This document shows, piece by piece, positions 52,158 to 64,000 of a DNA stretch of 64,000 bases. The position numbers were made by a program, and so were the translations under genes. The notes under the pieces are model-generated. The model ran no database searches, had not been told where the DNA came from, and was given only the letters and a program-made list of their open reading frames with translations. The stretch comes from Lytechinus pictus (lineage: Eukaryota), in assembly GCF_037042905.1 (NCBI RefSeq), contig NC_087251.1, positions 1,488,001-1,552,000 of the forward strand, in the 5' to 3' direction. Position 1 is the first letter of the stretch. Each line of letters starts with the position of its first letter.

Positions 52158-55100
52158 CTTGAAGAAAAAACAAACAAAGATTCATCAAAATAAAAAAAAA
52201 CTCTCATGTTTCAAGAATTATAAAAAATTGCATATAAGCTACAGAAATTTCTAGCAAATATGAAAAACCACTGCTGAAATATGGTGCAGCAAAGCTTAGC
52301 AAATTGTGCATTTTTTGTTGTTGTTGCCTAGATGCCATAAAATGTGTACCAAACACAATTTTAATAAGTAAGAACATAATTACTTTGTCTAAATTTGAAC
52401 CCATGGTGGGACATCAAAATAATATACTTAAATGATACCAAGGCATGATTCCCAAAGAGTTTAGCGTGACTTAGAGTAATGCTTAATTACAAACGAGCAG
52501 AAAGTTGCAATCAATCGCAACTATAAAAATCATGCGCAACTACAGCGCGCATTAGGGACTTGCGATTGATTTTTTTACTTGCGTTTAAATGCAACTCTTT
52601 CTGCAACGTACCCCTGACCAATGCGGTTATGTGTTATGTACCACATGAAACAGAAATGAAGGGGAACTCCTAAGTCACACTTAAATCTCTGTGACATACA
52701 CCAAGGAGCTATTCTGTGCAACTTCTACAGTTTCTTTGAGAGTTGCTAAGTATAGTACATGTTACAAACAATTTTCATCCCTATGCCTGAGTTCTATAAA
52801 CATGCAATTGGCCAGCATTAATGCACCATGTCTGAACAAGACTTTTAATAACTTTGCTCTATAGCTCATGTACTTTATTTCTTCTTCACCAGATGCATTG
52901 AGCATTTAATAAAAATAAATATAGCAATAGAATATATAGAAATAGTTTTTGCGCTATATAAATGCATATTATTATCATTGTAACAAAATAATATCTTTTA
53001 TTCATTATTATGTTCAATGAAAGGTAGTATCCGTGATGAATATTTGATGTCCTTATTGTAATAGCATTTAATAAAAAGCAACACTATAGCAAACTGTGAA
53101 AAAAGCTACTTTCAAAGTCATATTTCAGTGAGCCATTGTTTAAGAAACTTTAGGAGTATTTGAGAGGGTTGTCTCCAGAATTGTCAGTATAGTCAAATCA
53201 ATCACTATATTCATCTTTGATAATTTAAACTTTCATTTATTTTGCTTCTATCATTAAAATTAATTTAAAGCTAGTCCGTTTTAGTTGGAGTGAAAAGAGA
53301 AGCTTAAGAAAACAGAATCAAATTTCTAGTTGTGTAATCAGGAGAATATTATATATTACTTAGGCTTTAGCTCCTGCTACTATTTCAAGTGGTCAGTGCA
53401 TTCCATATATCACCCAGTAGGGTACCCATTCACCTAATCTGGGTTGAGTACAGTAAAATGTGGATAGTTTTCTCACTGAAGGAAATCAATATCATGTCTG
53501 AGATTCAAACCATGACCCTTTGAGTGAAAGGTGAGAGCCAGAACCACCAGACCATGATGTTAGACAGGTATTATTTCTCTTACCTTTATAACATCAGCTA
53601 TTCCTTTATCACTCATGCATTCTACCAGTGTCTCATAGGTGTAGTTCAGACCAGGAACAAGGATAGGTACCTAAAATATAAAACATGACAATAAAAGCCT
53701 CATTCATATAGGTACATTCAATCATAGACTAAATCGGAAATGCAATAAAGGAAGAAGACAAAAATAAACCAGTATTAGACATGTACAATGATGTCATAAA
53801 TCTATTTCAAACCTATACTTTGAATAATTTCTACTGATTCTACTGTTTTATAGTAAGATTTTGGCAAGCAATACGATTAAGATACAGGTACACAACAGAA
53901 TGAAACCTATTCCAGACAAAACGATGATTCATTTCTTGACTGCATCTGGCCATCACCAGTTCAGGGCACAGTTGCAATTAAATAAGAACAAATATCAGAA
54001 CTCTTCTGATTTTATTCTGATTGTAAAGGGTGGGTACACTTACTGGGATCATGGTCTTCTGTAGAGAGTACAGCTTCTCATCATACAGGAAGCTGATAAG
54101 TAGACCTAAAGATGGTTTGCTTAAGGATGTGTTCTGTAAACTCACAGTCAACTTGAATGTTGGTCCTATACCATGGACCTAAGGCAATAGGAACAAACAG
54201 AGACATTTAATATACAGGGACATTTTTATGATTAATTGTTGATTCAAAAATTTTAAATTTAAGAATCCTCCAATGAAAATTTGTAAACTAATCGGTGAGA
54301 TGTTTGATAATACATATATCATTCTTTTAAAAAGAAAGATCAAAGTAAGCATGACATCATATTATCTCGGATTCTCTTGGACAATCAGTGAAATTTGAGA
54401 GGTCTGTAATGCAAAACCGTAACAGTACCAGTCAAAACAAAACATTAGAGTTGTCTCATTATAAAGTTGTTTAGTTTGTTGCGACCAACATAACACAAGA
54501 CTGGTGATCTGTTATTGGATGCTGAATTGAATTCTCATTCATTTTGATCCCCATCAGCTCAATCAGAGTCTTTAGGGATAGAGTAGAATCATTCCAACAG
54601 TTTAAACAAGGGCACAAGGGCAGATCAATAGTCTTGTGTGACGTCATGCATAACTTACAAACATCTTTATGAAACACCCACCTGGAAGTACATTAGTCAA
54701 TACATAATGGCCTGAATTCACAGGTGGTTTCAATTGTGCCATTGTACAAAATCATATGTATGTACACAATTTGAGATTGCCACCACTCAAGACTATCATT
54801 CCTAGCTTTATGTCATTTTGAACAGTTTGTTTTGCTGTATACGGTTGTTGAGTGTCTTTTAGAGATGGATTATACAAATAATAAATCAAAATAAAATCCC
54901 CTGATAAGAGTAATATGCATACAAGATCTTACTCACATGAGCTGAGAGCTTGATGGGTTCATTGAGGTTATTAGAGACTGGTGTGAGGCTTGAATCTAGG
55001 GCCTTCACAAACGCTCTAGCTGTAGTGAGCCGTAACCTATACAGGTCATGCTGGAACATCCGATGCATAGCTTTACACAACACAAGATAAGAAAGGAGGG

Positions 55101-58100
55101 GAAATAGAATTATTGTGATATATGATTTGATTAATAATAGTTATTGTTGTGACACAATGAAATAAAGACAAAATCAAAGGGGAGAGGAAAGTGGTCACTA
55201 TAAGAAGGAATTCTTTATAATGATAATAAAAATATGCAAGATTTGTATAGCACAATGTTTTTAAGTATGACATAGCATTACATAAACTTTAAACACGGCT
55301 ACCCTGATCAGGCATTCAAGCATTCAAGGAACTGCTCTGTGGAGCCATATTAGAGGGAATAATAAATAATTACATGATTCAGTAGTCAACAGGTAAGGAA
55401 CTTACAGACACCATGTTCCCTCTCTCTCATAGTCTGATCTACAAAGACCTTGGTTTTCTTGGGAACATTAAGCTTCTGTTGCTGTGAAGCCGGAGGTCCT
55501 CTAACCATGTCTTTATCTTCAAAGGCTGCATTTCTCTTGAGGATCTTGACAATAAGACCCCCTCGCTTGGTACTCATTACAAGGGTGCTATCCTCACGAC
55601 CAAACCTACCAAACTTTAGACCAGTGATGATGTCCTATAAAAAGATAAGCATAAAACCAAGAGTCTCAGATAAGATCTAGCAGTCATATTTATGAAAAGC
55701 ATATAGTCAAATGACTCAGCCAGACAAAATAGTGCACATTTGCTCTGATCGCAATAATGTGAGAAAGATAAGTCATTGAAGCCATCATCGTTCAAGCTCT
55801 TGTTTTTGTAGCAGAGAGTTTCAGCATATGTGAGCTTTTGCTCATTACACTAAGTGAAGGTAATTTATTTACAATTATTCATGCACAATGTTTCATCTTT
55901 TTTCCAAAATCAGGAAATATATTTTCTATATGTAAAGTAAGTGCTTTACCAATTGTTCTAAAATTTCTGTAAAAAAACTATTTCTGTTCAAATGTAGACT
56001 TTGAATCTTTGATGGAAGTACATATCAGATCAGTATGCCAAAGTTAAATTTGGATCAATAAGGATTAATTTATCATTCAAAACAATTTTTAAAGTAATTT
56101 AAGATTAAACTGAAAATGAAGCAACTCTTCAAATTGATCCCCAATAATAGATTTACTTATGATCAATCAGTCTGATTTCTTGTTGTCTTGGTATTTTATT
56201 CTCATACTATTTTGTATACTTTATAATATTGTATTTTTCTTTTAAGCTGTATAGACCAGCAGCACCATGATTGATACTGCTGAGAAGGGCCATCCTCATG
56301 TTTTAATTTGTCTATTTCATGTGTATTATTTTATATGTACTGTTGCTTGCTTTTAACAGAAATAAATTGAACTTAAACCCAAATCAACAAGAAAACCCTG
56401 ACTTTATTTTTTTTTTAAATACTGAAAAGAATGTAAGAGAAGAAATAACTCTTCATGAAGGACAGGAACCCTGTTCTCAAGGCAAACCTACCTCTGTTTT
56501 GATAGAGTTAATGAGGAACTTATCCCTGTAGATGTGAACTTCACCATTCCTGAGAGCAACCATGACTGCTTTAAATCCCTTCTGTCTATGATCCATTAGA
56601 TCCATTGTAGTAATAGCAGCAGGTAGGTATACTGTCCATAGCTTCTTACCCTGGGTTAAAGAGAAATGTTCAGTTGTGATGATTTTGAATGAATTCACAC
56701 AGAATCTAATAAAATGACCACTCAAGTGTTTGTATATATGTATATTTCAGAAAAAATAGGTGCCAAAGGATTCGGAAGGAAAGTGTGTAATTGCTGACAA
56801 ATAAGCAAAACAACTAGCGCCAAATTAGCAACTTGTATTTAGGTTAATGATATACAAAATATTTTGAGGTAGTTGTGATTTACATTACCCTTGTATTGGT
56901 TTGAATAAGACATTTTCATGTTTAAACACATACATGCCCCACAAAGTTTTATGTATATTTCAAAATCTTGCATATTTCTTTCACACCTATATATACCAGA
57001 AAAGGAGAGAGAGAGAGAGACACACACACGAGGGATTTTACCTTTGTAGTGTAACACTGTAATGTCTGATCCATGCAGCCAACTATGATGTTTTTACCAA
57101 CCCTCTGTAGACCAACGGGTTGTGAATTCAACTCAAAGCAAAGTTTGGCCATCTTCATCCCTCTACAAAAACGTATCAACAAATATAAAAATATCAAAAG
57201 ATTAAGACTGGTATTCAACTGATACCATGTCGGAAGTATAAGATCAAGCTTTCAGAATCCCTAAAAAGGGTCAAAAGTGGTATCACAAGTTTCAAAACTG
57301 TTTCATTTGTCAATCTGTACGAGGATTAGTTAGTCTTGACTTTATATGTTTGGCATACATATTTTCCAAAGAAATTTTCACCAAAGAAAATGTGATGTAC
57401 CCGTAATTTCAAATGAGGTAAAAACAAACAAACAAACAGATAAAGTCAGAAGAGATGTGTAGGTCTTACCTCTTGAGTGTATAAACATTTCCATTCCTAC
57501 ATGACATAATGATTCTAAACTCTACATCATACAGCCCTGATACACTCAGAAATACTGGAACACTTGGAACAGCCATCTATAACAAGCAAAATATCAATCA
57601 AGATTAAATTAATATCAAAATATATATACAAATATGTTTCAATTTGTATTTTATGATTTAAAAGAAAAAGAGAGTGACAGTAATAATAATAGCTAGATTT
57701 ATAAAGCGCTTTTTGCCTGAAGATACAAAACACTGCTATTATTACCCCGGCTTTAGCTCAAGCTGCCATCATCGGCGCTCAGTGCATTCAAGGAAATAAT
57801 CCTGCCGGGTACCCATTCACCTCACCTGGGTCGAGTGCAGCACAATGTGGATAAATTTCTTGCTGAAGGAAAACACGCCATGGCTAGGATTTGAACCAAC
57901 GACCCTCTGTTTGAAAGGCGAGAGTCAGAACCACTAGACCACGACGCGCCCACATAAAATAATAAAAGCATAGATGCATTTTCCAGAGGACAAGGCAAAT
58001 ACATATTCTAGGATGGTTTTGGATCATTTATTAGTTTATTTGTATGTCATATTTCCTTTAAAATAATGAGGTCAATGAGAAAGCAATGTGACTTTCCTAT

Positions 58101-61100
58101 CATGAAATGAAATTTACCCAATAGCAAAATTTGTTGAAACAGAATCAAGTATTCCACAGCTATTTTCAATTAAGGTTTAGGTGAGTGTATGTTTAATGAT
58201 GATGATTTTAAGTACTTTTCATAAAGTAACATTGATTTTGTGACAGACTGCAATGTACAGTGCCATAACTTTTCCTCAAATTTAGGAAAACATGACTATC
58301 TTAGCTCATTTAAATTGTGATTAAGTAATACCACACACTAAAATGTGTCAAAACTGTATGGATTTTGCAAGTTCTGTTAAGCAGCACATTTGTGTCTTAT
58401 GATACCATCCTTTTTGCTAATTATGAAATATGACTATATATCTTATTCACCAAAGGGGCCAGCTTACATAATCAAATCAAATCAAATCAAATAAACCTGG
58501 AAAGAAAGGCAGATTAGCTATCCCCACTGAAAGAAAAACAAATAAATAAACATATTATCAAAGTACTAAACTAACAAATGAACCAATCAATGATACAATT
58601 TACCTTTGTAAGAATGGTGAAAGCCTCTGGGTCTAAGACATAGATCTCTCTACTCTCCGTTCCAACTACTAAACAACTGATGGCATCATCATCAGATGTG
58701 CTCTTATGCAATGTATCAAGACAGGTTATTACAGTCTGAAAAAAAAAACAATTAGTGAAAGTTGGTACTACTACTACTTCAGGGGATGCTTTTACAATGA
58801 TTCAAATCTGACTAAAAATCCCACTGAAATTCCCAGTTGCCTGTGGTGTATAACGGATGTCCCTTAATAAGTATTCACCAATGAGATGATACATAAAAAT
58901 AACATGTTGGCACTCAAATACAACTTTAGGTCATAATTAGCTCTTTGTGAAACATCCCCAGTTGTTTTCTAGTTGCAAGTCTACACATTACCCTGATAAT
59001 TATGAGTCAGTAAACTATATAAAGAGAAAAAACTCAATATTATTTGTGTATACAGGGATATTTCATGGTTTCCATCTCTAGACAACCAGATGCAGGCAAG
59101 TTTACTGGCAACCAGTTGCTACAACAGTATTAGTAACACTGAGCCTGCAGTTCTCATTACAGTCTGCTGATTTCAACATGGCAAATTACCATTACGGTAT
59201 TGACATACCTGTCTTTTAAGCTGGCCTACTTTATGTAAATTAGCAAATGATTCCATCTGTTCCCTGTCTTGTAACATTAAAAACCTTGAAAATAAACAAA
59301 GGAAAACATGAGAAAATAAGCATTTCAAAATGTACATTCATTCATTTTGATAACAATTCATTTACAATTTCAGCAAAGAGAAAGGGAAATGATAAGACCC
59401 AAATTGTCCGCCTCACACAGAAAAAAAAATACAGGCCAGATATTTCATGAATGATTTCTTGTGAATTCCAGAATATATTTACCATATTGTACCATTTATT
59501 GTAAAACATACTAACTGTACTGAACATTAGTTTGAAAACAACTGATCATTATTGCATGTTATTTGTTTTTGGCCTATTATTTCTAATTTTGCAAAAACAG
59601 GGGTGAAATGTTAAATTGCGCAACAAAGACCACTAAGCTGACCTCTGGACAAATCATTACTTGTGTGATAAATACTTTAACCTAATTATAGCTCTTTGCT
59701 AATTTTTTTTTTTTGGTGGGAGGGATGGGGAGAGATAGTTGAGTAATTATTTATATGTCATCATAATATCAAGATGAAACATGAAATTACATGTCAAAAT
59801 TATCATCAAAGAGAACTACAGACTTACGCACTTGGGTATTACAGATAGACTTACTTGAGAGATCTAACGGTTAGGGCTCCCTCATTTCCTTCTCGTCTTA
59901 TGCTATCTAGCATTTCCCTCAGGACAGTGACATCAATTTTATCCTGAAGATACATGTAGAATAATTGTAGTCAGTATACTGTGTTTACATTTGAAATTTA
60001 AATTTAAAAATATTTTTGTTTGTGCATCACTTTCTAAATAAGCATTGAAGGGGGGGGGGGGTATCATGAAGAACTAACCAAACAAGTGTTCATTTGATTT
60101 TGTTTTATGCCCGAAAAATAATATCAGCTGCATCCCTATCACATGTCTACAGAGATAAGAGGATGGTGGGAAGCACTCACACGTATTGCGAGGTTAGTAT
60201 TAGTATACTAACCTCGCACCATGAACCGCGTTTGGCAGTGGATTTCTTACTAGTGGGTCGCGCGTGCTTGGATCTCACTTCTGGTTTCCACAACACACAA
60301 CTTCTATGGCTTGATTTTTCTGTGCGCGGCGGCATGTAATGAACCCTTGGGTGGTGGGAAGGTTAATGTTGCCCCAAATATGATAGGCTGAAAGCATACA
60401 TCCATATTCACAAACCATTAGTTTCATTGATTCAGCTCAAAACATTGATCCATGTCTATTGTCTACAGTGTTGACCAATATTCTTGTTTGACAGATGAAA
60501 ACTTTGACCGTCACAGCTCACTGTTATGTACACAACACATATCACAAAGTTTTACCATCACTATGTCTGTCTTGAGTGGCATTTTAAGATTTGAAAATCA
60601 AGCATCCCCTCAATATTGGACTTACTTCTCTAGCCTGATTCCATAAGTCTTGTTCAACTGGGTTCACATCGAGAGGAGGGAGAGTAAACTTGAAATAAGG
60701 CCTCAGATTCTTGTAGACGTACAAGTATGGACCTGATGCTACACCAATAGCTGTAGCAAAGAAAATGTCTACATCATCAGCATACAGGTACAGAACTAAT
60801 TTACTTACTTTTCCGATAAACTTTTAAACTATCATTAGAATAAATGGCTCTATTATTCTGTTGCATAAAGAGTTGCATTCAAACATAGATTCCATCTATG
60901 ATAATGATCACAAAATGACAACAAACATATTCCTATGAGTTTGTATGTTTTATAGTGATTGTCCTAAACATGGAATCTTCATGCACAGCATGTATTAGTG
61001 GCTTAGAGCAGGGGTTATTATTACAATTTGAGACACTTAACACCGTTTGCTATGGGGATGACTGACCGTAACAACAATTTTGCACTCTAAAGATTTTCCA

Positions 61101-62360
61101 TGAAAAAAATGGTAGAAATACCCACAGACTTGTAAATGGAATGGAAAAGAAGTAAAATGTCTCTATATTACAAATGCCTAATCTCTAAAGTTCCAAAAAT
61201 GGTTTACTAGTAAGACAAACCTATCAAATAAGAAGTAGAGGAAATTGAAGTAATAGAGTAAGAGGGTAGTATATAAAGAAGATAGCAAGTGATTCTTTTG
61301 TAATGAAATAGTGGCTAAGATTTTGTAAAGCATCAAAATGGATTCTGCATTATCTTGTGTTTTAAACAAAGATTACATCAACTAAATATTTGTGCATGAT
61401 TTGTCATAGACTAACAGATATTATTAATAAATAGTACATTTTCTTGTATCTTTCATGTACATGTAACAAAGTCTAGTTTTCATTAAAAGATTGTAAGTAA
61501 AAGACATGATACCTGGTACTCTAGGTTCATTGTTATCCATGTAGAATGTACAGACACCTGTTGGTAGATCAATGATAGCATTCTCACTTATCAGGGTAGT
61601 TCCTTTGTAAACCTTAAGCTTCATGTCAAAAGTTCCTGTTCCAAGGTCGGCGATGACGAGCTTTGCTTCTCCATCCCCAGATATGTCCGAAAAGGCTGAA
61701 AATATGAAGTGGGTATTGATCATTTACACACAATGGCAAGAATAATAAGAAAGGTCGGACAATAAATATTTGAAAAAAATAATGAAAAAAAAGATGCCGT
61801 CCCACATGCTTTCGGTGCACGGTAAAAGTGCCACTTCATGAAATCATAAAAAGAATAGGCATAATTGATTGGAATTTGAGTTTAAGAGCTGTGACATATT
61901 TGGTGATTGCTTATCACATCCAAAATATTTAGAATGTGCATGAAAAAACAGTCTCTTTGTAAAAGTGTTTTCAAGTGTGCGACTTTAAATTATGTTTTCA
62001 CGTACTGATACATAAGTTCAATCTAAATGTCAAGAGAACAGTATTCATTAAGAAGAGTGCTTAACGAATAAGAAAAATAAAAACTAATTTAATCATTCCC
62101 CATGCGAAAGGATAAGTATATGAAAATACATAGTTAAGATTCGGAAGTGATTATTTTAGAATCACCTTTTTTCAAGTAGTTGATAAAATTCCAGCTTGTG
62201 GTGACAGCTAGCTAACTGTTTATTTATAGCTAGATTACAATCACACACAATGCCACATTTAAATTCAATGAAAATAATCTTACCCATACATGATGAGAAG
62301 GTATATAGGCTTGCAACAGGGTCATTGTGAGCATCAAGCCACTTTGTATTTCCTTCATGG
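52071..62360 (-). CDS. BBS1: Bardet-Biedl syndrome 1 protein (BBSome subunit), 14 coding exons, 5'-partial
   Basis: All introns are GT-AG and phases are consistent; 1741 coding nt. Motifs [43 protein letters not shown] (human M390 position conserved), KLNVPKKT and NMPVSE. Confidence 0.97.
52497..52617. mobile_element. MITE remnant in a BBS1 intron
   Basis: GCAGAAAGTTGCA / TGCAACTCTTTCTGC inverted ends; CpG-rich relative to flanks. Confidence 0.5.
53347..53559 (-). mobile_element. Old copy of the tRNA-derived SINE
   Basis: Aligns to 57730-57946 (GGGTACCCATTCACCT..CTGGGT, GAAAGG.GAGAG.CAGAACCAC.AGACCA.GA.G) with many CpG to TpG/CpA changes. Confidence 0.75.
53584..53670 (-). CDS. BBS1: BBS1 exon ([29 protein letters not shown])
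   Basis: 87 nt. Confidence 0.94.
54044..54178 (-). CDS. BBS1: BBS1 exon ([18 protein letters not shown]...TMIP)
   Basis: 135 nt. Confidence 0.94.
54937..55070 (-). CDS. BBS1: BBS1 exon ([14 protein letters not shown]...KLSAH)
   Basis: 134 nt, AAG acceptor, GTGAGT donor. Confidence 0.93.
55406..55634 (-). CDS. BBS1: BBS1 exon ([15 protein letters not shown]...REREHGV)
   Basis: 229 nt. Confidence 0.95.
56492..56650 (-). CDS. BBS1: BBS1 exon ([14 protein letters not shown]...SIKTE)
   Basis: 159 nt. Confidence 0.95.
57042..57162 (-). CDS. BBS1: BBS1 exon ([18 protein letters not shown]...YTTK)
   Basis: 121 nt. Confidence 0.94.
57470..57576 (-). CDS. BBS1: BBS1 exon ([22 protein letters not shown]...LKR)
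   Basis: 107 nt. Confidence 0.95.
57681..57951 (-). mobile_element. tRNA-derived SINE, near full length
   Basis: Minus strand: head GGGCGCGTCGTGGTCTAGTGG (A box)...GGTTCAAATCC (B box), core TGCTGCACTCGACCCAGGTGAGGTGAATGGGTACC, (TTA)n tail. Confidence 0.88.
58604..58735 (-). CDS. BBS1: BBS1 exon (TVITCLDTL...[11 protein letters not shown])
   Basis: 132 nt, phase 0-0. Confidence 0.95.
58781..58959. mobile_element. Degenerate MITE (GGGGATG..T.ACAA / TTGTGAAACATCCCC ends)
   Basis: Imperfect inverted termini. Confidence 0.5.
59209..59284 (-). CDS. BBS1: BBS1 exon ([25 protein letters not shown])
   Basis: 76 nt, AAG acceptor, GTATGT donor. Confidence 0.9.
59855..59943 (-). CDS. BBS1: BBS1 exon ([29 protein letters not shown])
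   Basis: 89 nt, CAG acceptor, GTAAGT donor. Confidence 0.92.
60626..60750 (-). CDS. BBS1: BBS1 exon ([21 protein letters not shown]...LWNQARE)
   Basis: 125 nt, GTAAGT donor. Confidence 0.95.
61513..61695 (-). CDS. BBS1: BBS1 exon ([19 protein letters not shown]...NNEPRVP)
   Basis: 183 nt, phase 1-1. Confidence 0.93.
62284..62360 (-). CDS. BBS1: BBS1 exon ([25 protein letters not shown])
   Basis: 77 nt, TACAG acceptor, GTAAGA donor. Confidence 0.93.
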
Positions 62361-62560
62361 CTGTAATTAATTATTGCAAAAGAAAAAAAATGAATAGAGA
62401 ATTAATGCTGCACAAGTAAGTATGTTCCTCTAATAGAGCATTGTCTTTATACTTAAGCAGAAAAGGTGTCCAGTCATAGGAACATGTGCAAATTCATTAA
62501 CAATGCTTGGTTTTCAGCCAAGGTGCAAGTAAAAGAGAAGAAAGAAAAAATGTCACTTGA

Positions 62561-63144
62561 AGGACAAGTCCACCCCAACAAAAAGTTGATTTGAATAAAA
62601 AGAGAAAAATCCAACAAGCATAACACTGAAAATTTCATCAAAATCGGATGTAAAATAAGAAAGTTATGACATTTCAAAGTTTTGCTTAATTTCACAAAAC
62701 AGTTATATGTACATCCTGGCTGGTATGCAAATGAGGAGACTATGACGCCATCCACTCACTATTTCTTTTGTATTTTATTACATGAAATATTCTAATTTTC
62801 TCCTCATTGTCAAGTGTTACAACGATTGATTCCTCCCTGAACATGTGGAATTAGCATTGTTTAATACTATATGGTTCAGTCAAGTTGGTCCTTCTTGTCG
62901 AAACTATAAAAAATGAAATTTTGTATAATTCAAACAATAAAAAACAAAAGAAATAGTGAGTGATGGACATCATCGACTGAGTCACCTAGTTGTGCATATC
63001 ACTGTTTTGTGAAAAATAAGCGAAACTTTAAAATGTCATAACTTTTTTATTTTACATCCGATTTTGATGAAATTTTCAGTGTTATGCTAGTTTGATTTTT
63101 CTCTATTTATTCAAGTCAGCATTTTCCTGGGGTGGACTTGTCCT
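62561..63144. mobile_element. Kolobok-like MITE
   Basis: TIRs AGGACAAGTCCACCCCA extend about 150 bp imperfectly; flanks TTGA (62557-62560) and TTAA (63145-63148). Confidence 0.85.
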
Positions 63145-63232
63145 TTAAAGAAGAGTGACTGAAGAGAGGACACTGCCATTGATTGGGAGTGTATTCCAGT
63201 TTTTATAGCTTTGTTAGAATAATGTGATTATC

Positions 63233-63564
63233 TAGATTACAGCACCTGGTAATTCCAGATTTAATATCACCCAGGTAATATTGATATGATTTTGCCAGAT
63301 AATTTTCATTTTTCATGAAGGCTTTCCGATGAGAATTTTCGATATCCTGGCCAATCAATGAGAGCGACAAGTTCCAAATGCAGGCACATAGACAAGCGCA
63401 GCGCAGCGGCACGAATCGCAATATATGGTGACTGGTAAATACGTCTGTAAGGATGGTGACATCATCCAAGGTGGCAACTTACGATGACCAACAAAAGGAT
63501 CGAGGACAAGGATGAAGTATGTTTTGATCATCATTTGAAAGGAATTAGCGGTAACTGTGGTCTA
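63233..63564. mobile_element. Possible TAGA-ended MITE
   Basis: Ends TAGATTACAGCACCTGGTAATTCC vs TAGACCACAGTTACCGCTAATTCC (17/24 identical); no TSD. Confidence 0.35.
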
Positions 63565-64000
63565 AGGTATGATGGTGGTCCTCAAGTCCGCGCACCTAAC
63601 GATTTGAGTTAAGATTTAACATGAATTTCTTTTTATTTCACAAAATCTTTCAGTTGATAATGTTCCTTACTAATGTTGTAAATCGGATCAAAAATCGGAT
63701 CGGCAGATAAGCTTCTAAAATCGAAATCGAATCGAAAATCGAATCGGCGATGTTTAAAAACAAAGGAATACATCAAAAAAATTTTCGCGGTCGCGCGCAT
63801 CTTCCTGAGAAAGTCACAAAGACGAATGCATTGGAATGGAAGTCGGCAACATGCGGGATCGTTTTGAACATGTTTTAGAAGGGTATTGAGGTGTTACTGC
63901 TTTACAATAAAATGAGTGATTTTTATTAGAAAGATAAACGAATGACGCATCTTCCGAGCAAAGTCGCAAAGGAAAATAAAATGAAAATAATTCACATAGA

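Noticed and set aside
57880..57951. tRNA gene
   Set aside because: It is the head of a SINE, continuous with the SINE core and tail.
63483..63534. BBS1 ATG exon candidate (MMIKTYFILVLDPFVGH|GTAAGT)
   Set aside because: It ends in phase 1 while the next exon needs phase 2, has no BBS1 similarity, and lies within a probable MITE.

Overview
AT-rich, intron-rich animal genomic DNA. The repeat landscape (tRNA-headed SINE, Kolobok/Harbinger/hAT MITEs) suggests an echinoderm, probably a sea urchin; this is inference. All recognisable genes are on the minus strand. (1) BBS1: 14 coding exons at 52071-62360 splice into one open frame of about 579 aa; the ATG exon was not found and probably lies beyond the window. 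(2) A tandem trio of P-loop sulfotransferase-like genes (Sulfotransfer_5 / 'BCAT-like protein' N-terminal family), each with two coding exons. Copy C (45231-47871) is intact, copy B (38414-39626) has one in-frame TAA, and copy A (34641-36395) has two 1-nt frameshifts. The copies are sequence mosaics, and A and B share a promoter motif. (3) The 5' part of a TMEM151-family gene: a coding exon at 1-140 runs off the window, with a probable ATG exon at 27777-27809 across a ~27.6-kb intron and a possible alternative ATG exon at 18583-18606. The rest is non-coding, with many non-autonomous transposons, several with exact TSDs. Highlights: a TTAA-punctuated 6 x 76-bp array in the BBS1 3' UTR, an IS3EU-like MITE filled with palindromic 21-mers, a 24-bp palindromic insertion with a 7-bp TSD, a Helentron-like element carrying a tRNA-like segment, and an apparently circularly permuted element. 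No CRISPR, rRNA or convincing functional tRNA was found.
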